From: Candidatus Udaeobacter sp.
Lineage (GTDB): Bacteria > Verrucomicrobiota > Verrucomicrobiia > Chthoniobacterales > UBA10450
Assembly: GCA_035651975.1 (NCBI GenBank)
Contig: DASREQ010000069.1
Span: 3,235-67,234 of the forward strand
Direction: 5' to 3'
DNA: 64,000 nt
The position numbers and the translations under genes are program-made. The notes under the pieces are model-generated. The model was not told where the DNA came from and ran no database searches. It worked only from the letters and a program-made list of their open reading frames with translations. Below are positions 27,191 through 34,050 of the stretch, piece by piece (position 1 is the stretch's first letter; every line of letters starts with the position of its first letter).

Positions 27191-28341
27191 TTTGATCCTC
27201 TCGAAATTAGCTCGAATAATTCGTCCACGCCAGGATCGCGATGTCGTTTTGCAACGGTATCGATCAGGCGCTGATTACGCCGGTTTTGTTCCAGACGTTG
27301 TTCGATTTCGGTGTGCGCGGTGCGGGCGCGCTGAAGATCGCTTTTGTTCACCACCACGATTTCCGCGAGATCGAGCATGACGATTTTTTGCAGTTGCAAC
27401 CGGCTTCCGTAATCGGGATTCATCACCAGGATAGTCGAATCGACAATGCCATTTTTCTGAAACGGCATCGCTTCCTGGCCGGTGCCAACAGTTTCAATGA
27501 TCACGTAATCAAACCCCGATCGGGCGAGCAGGGCCAGGCAATCGTGTGTAGCGGGCGAAAGTCCACCAGCCTGGCCACGTGTGGCCATGCTGCGCATGAA
27601 CACGCGATCATTTTGCGAATTGATCATCGTGGCCCGATCACCCAATAACGCTCCTTCGCCAATGACGCTCGGATCGTGCGACAAAATCGCGATCCTTCCC
27701 TTTGGCTTTTGATTCAGAAAACGCAGTACCAGCTCGTCAATCAACGTCGTTTTGCCCGCACCGCCGGGACCAGTAAAGCCAATCACGCGCGTTTTGCTCG
27801 AATTTCGAATCTTCTTGTTGAGCGTTGGACGTTGGACGTTGGATGTTGGACGTTTGCCTCTGGCCCAGGCGTCCTCGATCGCCGTCAGCCTGTGAGCAAG
27901 GTCCTGGTCCGGCGATTTCGGGCGCGACCGCTTTCCGCGCTGCTTTCCGTAACGCTTCCGGACGTAATCCGTCATTTCTGCCAGTGAAGTTCCGGCAAAG
28001 AAAATATTGTCCACGCCTTTGCGCTTCATTGCCACGGCGTCGTCATGCGTGATCGTTCCGCCGCCGCCGCCAAAGACTTTGATGTTGTTCGCGCCGTATT
28101 TGCGCAAAAGACCAATGACTTCTGCGAAGAATTCGATATGCCCGCCGTTGTAACTCGAGATGCCAATGGCGCGGACATCTTCTTGAACGGCAGCGCGCAC
28201 AATGTCGCCGACCGAACGATGATAGCCAAGATATACAACCTCGATTCCGTGCCGGATGAATTCCAGATTGATCGTGTTAATGGCACTGTCGTGCCCGTCG
28301 CAAATCGGGACCGCGGTTAAAATTCGAATCGGCAAAGCCAT
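27187..28341 (-). CDS. icmF: IcmF-type acyl-CoA mutase, B12-binding domain fused to MeaB/MeaI-like G-protein chaperone
   Basis: N-terminal cobalamin domain (RILTAVPICDGHDSAINT...VYLGYH...IGISSYNGGH), followed by the P-loop GTPase GFTGPGGAGKTTLIDEL and ...VVNKSD. Confidence 0.85.
   Translation of the reverse strand: MALPIRILTAVPICDGHDSAINTINLEFIRHGIEVVYLGYHRSVGDIVRAAVQEDVRAIGISSYNGGHIEFFAEVIGLLRKYGANNIKVFGGGGGTITHDDAVAMKRKGVDNIFFAGTSLAEMTDYVRKRYGKQRGKRSRPKSPDQDLAHRLTAIEDAWARGKRPTSNVQRPTLNKKIRNSSKTRVIGFTGPGGAGKTTLIDELVLRFLNQKPKGRIAILSHDPSVIGEGALLGDRATMINSQNDRVFMRSMATRGQAGGLSPATHDCLALLARSGFDYVIIETVGTGQEAMPFQKNGIVDSTILVMNPDYGSRLQLQKIVMLDLAEIVVVNKSDLQRARTAHTEIEQRLEQNRRNQRLIDTVAKRHRDPGVDELFELISRGSK
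27817..27858. repeat. heptanucleotide tandem array (GTTGRRC)x6 inside the icmF N-terminal gene
   Basis: GTTGAGC GTTGGAC GTTGGAC GTTGGAT GTTGGAC GTTTGCC. On the coding strand it is translated as GKRPTSNVQRPTLN. Confidence 0.9.
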
Positions 28342-28354
28342 CGGAAAAATCTAG

Positions 28355-28394
28355 CGTTGAACCGTTAAATCGTTAAATCGTTTAAACGTCAAAT
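28355..28394. repeat. octanucleotide-periodic array (CGTTnAAn)x5 filling a divergent intergenic region
   Basis: CGTTGAAC CGTTAAAT CGTTAAAT CGTTTAAA CGTCAAAT. The last unit runs into the ATG at 28393. Confidence 0.9.
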
Positions 28395-29148
28395 GCCTGA
28401 TGCACTAGATTTCACCGGCAAAGTCGTGCTCGTCACCGGTAGCTCACGCGGGATTGGCGCGGAGATGATCAAGACGTTCGACCAACGCGGCTCGCAATGC
28501 GTTGTCAATTATGTGGCCGATGCGCAGGGACAAAATCAGGCCGATGCGACCAATGTGGCCAGTGAACTCAATGAGCCGCTGGTGATTGAATGCGACGTGA
28601 CGCAACCGTCGCAGGTCGAGGAGATGATGAAGCAGATACAAGCTCAGTATGGCGGACTGGACATTCTCGTGAACAATTCCGGTATCATCAGCGATCGCAC
28701 CATCAAGAAAATGTCGATGGAGACGTTTGAGAGCGTCGTGCGCGTTAATCTCATCGGCACGTTTACCGTCACGCAAAAGGCCGGCGCGATTCTGCGAAAC
28801 GGCGGGAGAATCATTAACATGTCGTCCGTCAGCGGCCAGCTCGGATTGTTTGGCCAGGCAAATTATTCGTCGAGCAAAGCGGCCATCATTGCGCTCACCA
28901 AAGTTTCGGCGCGGGAACTCGCGCGTCAGAACATCACTGTGAACGCCATCGCACCGGGATTCATCGATGTGGGCATGAGCAAAGGCATGCCTGACGAAGT
29001 GACGCAAAATTTCATCAAGCAAATCCCGCTCGGCCGCCTTGGGGACGTCAGCGAAATTGTAAACGCCGCTCTTTTTCTAGCCTCTCCGATGGCTTCATAC
29101 ATCACCGGACACGTCTTGAACGTAAACGGTGGTTTTTATATGGGCTAA
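28393..29148 (+). CDS. SDR-family oxidoreductase (3-oxoacyl-ACP reductase FabG-like)
   Basis: TGSSRGIGAEM, NNSGI and catalytic YSSSKAA. 251 aa. Confidence 0.85.
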   Translation: MPDALDFTGKVVLVTGSSRGIGAEMIKTFDQRGSQCVVNYVADAQGQNQADATNVASELNEPLVIECDVTQPSQVEEMMKQIQAQYGGLDILVNNSGIISDRTIKKMSMETFESVVRVNLIGTFTVTQKAGAILRNGGRIINMSSVSGQLGLFGQANYSSSKAAIIALTKVSARELARQNITVNAIAPGFIDVGMSKGMPDEVTQNFIKQIPLGRLGDVSEIVNAALFLASPMASYITGHVLNVNGGFYMG

Positions 29149-29170
29149 TTTGCTGCATCCGCCGGAGACC

Positions 29171-29386
29171 CTAGTCCAGCTTCTGCACCAGCAACCAAAC
29201 CAACGCCGAAAGCATCGCGGCGAATGTCGACAACACGAATGTCGCGCGCTTCGTCTGACGTATTTTGAAGGCAGGCTTGGGGATGTCGTCGTGAATATGG
29301 CTCGCCTCGAACAGCTTCATCAGCGTAAACGCAACGATGAAACCGACGGCGGCCCATTTAAGGCATCCCAGAAAGGTATCCAGCAT
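29171..29386 (-). CDS. small two-TM membrane protein (hypothetical)
   Basis: 71-aa ORF with two clear hydrophobic helices (WAAVGFIVAFTLMKLF and FVLSTFAAMLSALVWLLV). No family recognised. Confidence 0.4.
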   Translation of the reverse strand: MLDTFLGCLKWAAVGFIVAFTLMKLFEASHIHDDIPKPAFKIRQTKRATFVLSTFAAMLSALVWLLVQKLD

Positions 29387-29649
29387 CCCGGCCCGAGTTT
29401 AGCGCAGCCCGTCGCCGCGCTCAACTCGCGAAAGTCCGCCATTCGGGCGAACTCGTTCTGTGGCGAGCTTTCGGAGTTAAGCGCACGCGCGTCGGCAGCT
29501 TCCAAATTTCCGGCCTGGCCAGGGCGCCGCTGTTCCCGGCGTTGCAGGATGCAAGCAGTAGTGATTCGCCTGTTTTTCTGCGCAGAAAATGGGTTGTTCG
29601 TTTGGAAATGCATTGACTCCGATCCTGCGGCTTGTTTACGCTCGGCTCC

Positions 29650-30246
29650 ATGACTAAAAGATTCCTTACTCTCTTCCTTGCAATCGGTTTCGCCAGCATT
29701 TGTGCTTTACAGGCGCAGTCACCTACTCCGGGCGAATCGCCCGCGGGGGCACCCAAGCCAGCGAAACATCGCACTTCAAAGAAAGCTCAAACTACGGCAT
29801 CACCCGGCGAAGCTGCTGCATCTGCTTCGCCTGCCAAGCGTGGTCGCAAAAAAGCTGAGACTGGCACAGCAGCGAGTACGGCTACGTCACCTTCACCTGC
29901 TGCTTCGCCCGCAGCCGGGCCCAAAGCAAAACGTACTCGCAAAAAAGCAGCGGCAGCAACGAGTCCTTCCGCGTCGCCTGCCAAATTCTCGCTTGGCGAT
30001 CTGTTTAAGCCGAAAAGTTCTGCGGCTGCCAGTCCCGCAGCTGCGACCGCTCCTGTAAGAAGCACGGAGTCAGCGTCCAATCCGCCTGCACCCGGCGGCG
30101 GTCACGGTCTGGTGTGGGTGAACACGGAATCGCATGTGTATCACAGGGAAGGATCGCGTTTTTACGGCACGACTAAGAAGGGCAAATACATGACTGAAGC
30201 CGACGCGATCAAAGAAGGAGACAGGGCAGCGGGCAAGGCTCAATAA
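29650..30246 (+). CDS. secreted protein with long Ala/Ser/Pro/Lys-rich disordered region and a conserved ~45-aa C-terminal module
   Basis: Signal peptide MTKRFLTLFLAIGFASICALQA, then low-complexity sequence, then GLVWVNTESHVYHREGSRFYGTTKKGKYMTEADAIKEGDRAAG. The ORF is open from TTG 29632. Confidence 0.55.
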   Translation: MTKRFLTLFLAIGFASICALQAQSPTPGESPAGAPKPAKHRTSKKAQTTASPGEAAASASPAKRGRKKAETGTAASTATSPSPAASPAAGPKAKRTRKKAAAATSPSASPAKFSLGDLFKPKSSAAASPAAATAPVRSTESASNPPAPGGGHGLVWVNTESHVYHREGSRFYGTTKKGKYMTEADAIKEGDRAAGKAQ

Positions 30247-30287
30247 ATCCGGGAAATCAGCCGAATCCGGTTCAATTCAGAGTTAGA

Positions 30288-30320
30288 CCGGGCGTAGTGA
30301 CTGAGAGCCGCTACGCCCGG
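30288..30320. terminator. strong hairpin between convergent genes (probable bidirectional terminator)
   Basis: CCGGGCGTAG-N13-CTACGCCCGG, a perfect 10-bp GC-rich stem. Only a weak U tract follows (CUGCUUUCG). Confidence 0.55.
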
Positions 30321-30333
30321 CTGCTTTCGACGA

Positions 30334-30702
30334 TCATTCCTTTGTCAGACTTTGCAGCGCGTCGGCCAACGATTCAAAAGTAGCGATTTGGATTTCGGGA
30401 CCGTAATGGAATTGCGATAGAATGTTAAGACCAATGTCCTTATGGGGATCGGGTATCACTCGCGTCACGGACGCTACCCCTTTTTCCGCAAGCGTATCCA
30501 TGATCTCGGCAACGTGACGCGCTGCGGCCGGATCCATTGACTCCAACCACCGGAAATCAGCGAGAACGCGGAAACCAGGCGCAACATCGCGCAAAAGCTC
30601 GCGGACCTTTTTAGCGGCCACCCGGGCTTGATCCGCCGTGACCCGCTGGAGAACGCTTATGACCAGGAGACGTTTCGATCTATCGATCTCCACTGCATAC
30701 AT
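30334..30702 (-). CDS. hypothetical protein, STAS/SpoIIAA-like fold suspected
   Basis: 122-aa ORF with an alternating beta/alpha pattern (LLVISVLQRVTADQARVAAKKVRELL..GFRVLADFR). Weak assignment. Confidence 0.4.
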   Translation of the reverse strand: MYAVEIDRSKRLLVISVLQRVTADQARVAAKKVRELLRDVAPGFRVLADFRWLESMDPAAARHVAEIMDTLAEKGVASVTRVIPDPHKDIGLNILSQFHYGPEIQIATFESLADALQSLTKE

Positions 30703-30816
30703 TCTTTGTGATCACACGATGCGGTCGGTCCCGCAAGTGTCTCTAGCCCGGGTAGCAACCGGTCGCACAGCAGCTGGTGAGTTGTCGCTAACACGTTTTG
30801 CTTCTTTATTCCTCTC

Positions 30817-31032
30817 GTGAGTGCGACAGATATCACCGTTTGGATCATTGCCGCGCTTCTCGCAATGGGCATCGGCTGGAGCAAGTATGCCAAGTGGAAA
30901 ACGCGCGACAAATTCGTGCGCGACCTGGCGGCGATGGATCGGGAACGCCGTGAAAAAGTCCTCAGCCGCATGAACCCAGAGCTTGCGATGGAAGCCCGGC
31001 AAGAATTAATGCGGCGATTTCATATCAGCTGA
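30817..31032 (+). CDS. small membrane-anchored hypothetical protein
   Basis: 71-aa ORF (GTG start) with one N-terminal TM helix (ITVWIIAALLAMGIGW) and a charged helical tail. Confidence 0.35.
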   Translation: MSATDITVWIIAALLAMGIGWSKYAKWKTRDKFVRDLAAMDRERREKVLSRMNPELAMEARQELMRRFHIS

Positions 31033-31086
31033 TTTGCCGTGCTGTCTGTTGCGAAGTTGTACTGCTAACTTCTCCCGGATTCTCCA

Positions 31087-31485
31087 ATGTCTTCCGCGCG
31101 TTTCGAAATGATCGTCCCGGTGCTTGCGGAGGACATCGACGAGCAAAATCACGTAAACAACACTGTTTACCTGCGGTGGGTCCAGGATGTTGCGACCGCG
31201 CATTGGCGAGCTATTGCCAGCGCTGAAGCGCAAGAGACCATTGGCTGGGTGGTCTTGCGACACGAGATCGATTACAAAGCGCCCGCCGCGCTTGGCGACG
31301 AAGTGCTGCTGCGCACCTGGGTTGGCAAAGCCACGCGGCTAACTTTTGAGCGGTTCACTGAAATCCGGCGCAATCGCGACAGCCGACTCTTATCCGAGGC
31401 TCGGACGCTCTGGTGCCCAATTGATGCGCAAACCAGCCGACCGATGCGTGTATCGGCGGAAGTGCGCGCGCAGTTCTCAACCTGA
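31087..31485 (+). CDS. acyl-CoA thioesterase (4HBT/YbgC-like hotdog fold)
   Basis: Motifs VPVLAEDIDEQNHVNNTVYLRWVQDVA and a hotdog-fold length of 132 aa. Confidence 0.8.
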   Translation: MSSARFEMIVPVLAEDIDEQNHVNNTVYLRWVQDVATAHWRAIASAEAQETIGWVVLRHEIDYKAPAALGDEVLLRTWVGKATRLTFERFTEIRRNRDSRLLSEARTLWCPIDAQTSRPMRVSAEVRAQFST

Positions 31486-31494
31486 ATTGATGGA

Positions 31495-31536
31495 GTTGAT
31501 CATTGAGCGTTGAGCGTTGAGCGTTGAGCGTTGGAA
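31495..31536. repeat. heptanucleotide tandem array (GTTGAGC family) abutting the GT4 start codon
   Basis: GTTGATC ATTGAGC GTTGAGC GTTGAGC GTTGAGC GTTGGAA. The TTG at 31531 in the last unit is the only available start codon for the glycosyltransferase. Confidence 0.9.
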
Positions 31537-32706
31537 GTTCCATCTCCTGATTCACGCCCGGTCATCGCTTGTTATTGCGCGACATTTCTGAAGCCAGAGA
31601 TGTTGCATATCTACCGGCAAATCACAGCCCTGGAGCGATGCATTCCTGTGGTAATTGCGCAGAAACGCGAACAAGCCGGCAACTATCCATTTGAGTCAAT
31701 TCATATCGTTCCCAAGCCGGCGACGCATTTCCTGCGACGTTTTTGGTTCAGGCAATTGCGTGACGCCCCATGGCAGATTTCGAGCACGGAGCTGCGGGCA
31801 TTGCAGCGAATTTTAAGAAGGACCAAGGCTCGCCTGTTGCACATTTACTTTGGCCAGATCGCCGTGCATCTCCTGCCGCTGATTCGCACATGGGGAGGAC
31901 CGTCCATCGTTTCCTTTCACGGCGCCGATGCGTTAGTGGACATGAACAAGCCGGCGTATCGCGAAGCCACAAACCAAATGCTTAACGCAGTAAAGCTGGT
32001 TTTGGTTCGTTCCGAATCGCTGCGGCGCGCAGTCATTCATCTTGGCTGCGACGAGAAAAAGATCCAAATCCAGCGAACGGGGATTCCGCTGGATGAATTT
32101 CCTTTTCGTGACCGGAACTTCGTCGCCGCGGCGATCGAATGGCGATTCGTGCAGGCTGGTCGCTTGATCGAAAAGAAAGGCCTGCCGGTTACGCTGCGCG
32201 CCGTTGCAGCTTTTCTCCGTAAACATCCCAATTCGAAGCTAACAATTGCAGGAGAAGGACCGCTCCTTGGTGAACTTCAGAAGTTGGCGCGTGATTTGAA
32301 CATCGATAGCCGTGTTACGTTCACAGGTTTCATTTCACAGGAGCAACTGCGCGGAATCTATTACGCGTCGCATATTTTTTTACATCCGAGCCAGACGGGC
32401 CATGACGGAAATCAGGAAGGGATTCCAAATTCGATGTTGGAAGCAATGGCCAGCGGTCTGCCGGTGTTCGCCACCGAGCATGGAGGCATTCCGGAAGCAA
32501 TCCAGAACGGCGTATCTGGCGTGCTAGTGTCTGAACGGGATCATGAAAAATTGGCGGCCGCTCTTCTCGACGCAGCGAAAGATCCCGGCTTTCTTTCGCG
32601 AATAGCGCGGAGCGGTGCCGAGATTGTTCGAAAAAATTTCGATCTGCGCGCTCAAGCGCAGCGGCTCGAAGATACATATCTGAAGATAATGGGGAGCGGC
32701 GATTGA
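31531..32706 (+). CDS. glycosyltransferase family 4 (GT-B, WcaL-like)
   Basis: C-terminal EX7E region (EGIPNSMLEAMASGLPVFATEHGGIPEAI) and an N-terminal ...FLKPEMLHIYRQI... as in WcaL-type enzymes. The only in-frame start upstream of that motif is TTG 31531, which lies inside a heptamer repeat. Confidence 0.82.
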   Translation: MEVPSPDSRPVIACYCATFLKPEMLHIYRQITALERCIPVVIAQKREQAGNYPFESIHIVPKPATHFLRRFWFRQLRDAPWQISSTELRALQRILRRTKARLLHIYFGQIAVHLLPLIRTWGGPSIVSFHGADALVDMNKPAYREATNQMLNAVKLVLVRSESLRRAVIHLGCDEKKIQIQRTGIPLDEFPFRDRNFVAAAIEWRFVQAGRLIEKKGLPVTLRAVAAFLRKHPNSKLTIAGEGPLLGELQKLARDLNIDSRVTFTGFISQEQLRGIYYASHIFLHPSQTGHDGNQEGIPNSMLEAMASGLPVFATEHGGIPEAIQNGVSGVLVSERDHEKLAAALLDAAKDPGFLSRIARSGAEIVRKNFDLRAQAQRLEDTYLKIMGSGD

Positions 32707-32816
32707 CCTCAATCGCCCAGGCGGTTCAGGTGAACCGGCCCCCGAATGCGAACTTGCGATTTCTCGGAGAATGATGCGGCTGGACTTACCGGGCCTTGCG
32801 AAATAGAGGTGCTACT

Positions 32817-33365
32817 ATGAATTCCTTCGCTTCATTCATTGCGCTGGCTCTCTTGGTGATCAGCGGCGTGGCGGCGCAGGCCCAAACGCCGGAACAAAAA
32901 TCGTCCGCGGCCTTGAAGGCTGTTGCGGTGCTTCATCCCACCGCAGGCAACAAAGTGAGCGGCACTGTTACGTTCACCGAGCAGGCCGATGGGGTAAAAG
33001 TTCGGGCGGAAATCACCGGCCTGACGCCCGGTAATCATGGTTTTCATGTCCATGAGTTCGGTGATTGCAGCGCAGCGGATGCGAGTTCGGCTGGTGGGCA
33101 TTTTAATCCAACCCACAAACCGCATGCGGGACCCGACGCACCCGAGCGGCATGTAGGCGACATGGGAAACGTGCAAGCAGACGCCTCGGGCAAGGCGACG
33201 CTGGAATATGTAGACCACCAAATCTCGCTCTCGAATGACGAGCAGTCTGCGATCGGGCGTTCGGTTGTGGTACACGCAAAGGCGGACGATCTCAAATCCC
33301 AACCGGCCGGCGACTCTGGCGCGCGTGTTGCCTGCGGCGTGATCGGGCGGGCCAAAAGTCAGTGA
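32817..33365 (+). CDS. sodC: Cu/Zn superoxide dismutase (periplasmic)
   Basis: Signal peptide, then GFHVHEFGDCS, GGHFNP and GDMGN. ATG 32817 is preceded by GAGGT. Confidence 0.93.
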   Translation: MNSFASFIALALLVISGVAAQAQTPEQKSSAALKAVAVLHPTAGNKVSGTVTFTEQADGVKVRAEITGLTPGNHGFHVHEFGDCSAADASSAGGHFNPTHKPHAGPDAPERHVGDMGNVQADASGKATLEYVDHQISLSNDEQSAIGRSVVVHAKADDLKSQPAGDSGARVACGVIGRAKSQ

Positions 33366-33507
33366 CCGCGAGTCTGAGCTGAGCCTGAACGTCCTCGTTG
33401 CCGGAACAAAGCTTTCAGCATCGGTTTGTTATAAGGTCTATAAGGTCTTGCTCGACAGAGCAGAGTTCATCTGATCAAATTACCGAAAACCATCGCCCTG
33501 CACGCTT

Positions 33508-33906
33508 ATGCCACGAATACCTAAAACTGAATTGTCGCCGGATAACGGCTGCGTCATTGACATGAAATGGCACATTGGTCCGCTGAGTTATCACGCTTCT
33601 GCGGCTGGGAAAGAGCCCGTACCGCTTGTGACGCAGTCAACTCGCCTGCCGGAAATTGTGCTTTACGATCACGTGGGATTCAAAGGCGCTTACGCTCGCA
33701 CCAACTTGAGTTTCCATTATGTCGGCGATTTTTGGAATGATCGCATCAGTTGCCTGATTGTGGTCAGCGGCGTCTGGCGATTTTACCGGGACGATTATTA
33801 CAAGGGACCTTACTGGGACCTCGGTCCGGGGTATTACGAAAGTTTCTTTGCCGAAAGAGGCCCGGACGACGTCGTCAGTTCCTTTCAGTGCATCGCACTG
33901 ACATAG
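33508..33906 (+). CDS. beta/gamma-crystallin-like domain protein
   Basis: Greek-key-like pattern: IVLYDHVGFKGAYARTN...NDRISCLIVVSGVWRFYRDDYYKGPYWDLGPGYY. Confidence 0.5.
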   Translation: MPRIPKTELSPDNGCVIDMKWHIGPLSYHASAAGKEPVPLVTQSTRLPEIVLYDHVGFKGAYARTNLSFHYVGDFWNDRISCLIVVSGVWRFYRDDYYKGPYWDLGPGYYESFFAERGPDDVVSSFQCIALT

Positions 33907-34050
33907 GGCGCGCACCCGTCCCACGTTTTGGTCTCGGCGTCGCAGGGAAACCGTTTTTCTGCGGACAGAGTTTGCATTTACGGTAAGCTCGCCAGGAACA
34001 AACGAGAATATCAGAGAACTGCGCAAATCCGAGACGGGTTTGCCAGCACC

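Noticed and set aside
27817-27858. Short tandem arrays (also 28355-28394, 31495-31536, 43804-43851) considered as CRISPR
   Set aside because: The units are 7-8 nt and contiguous, with no spacers. CRISPR repeats are roughly 24-48 nt and are separated by unique spacers. No cas genes are present.
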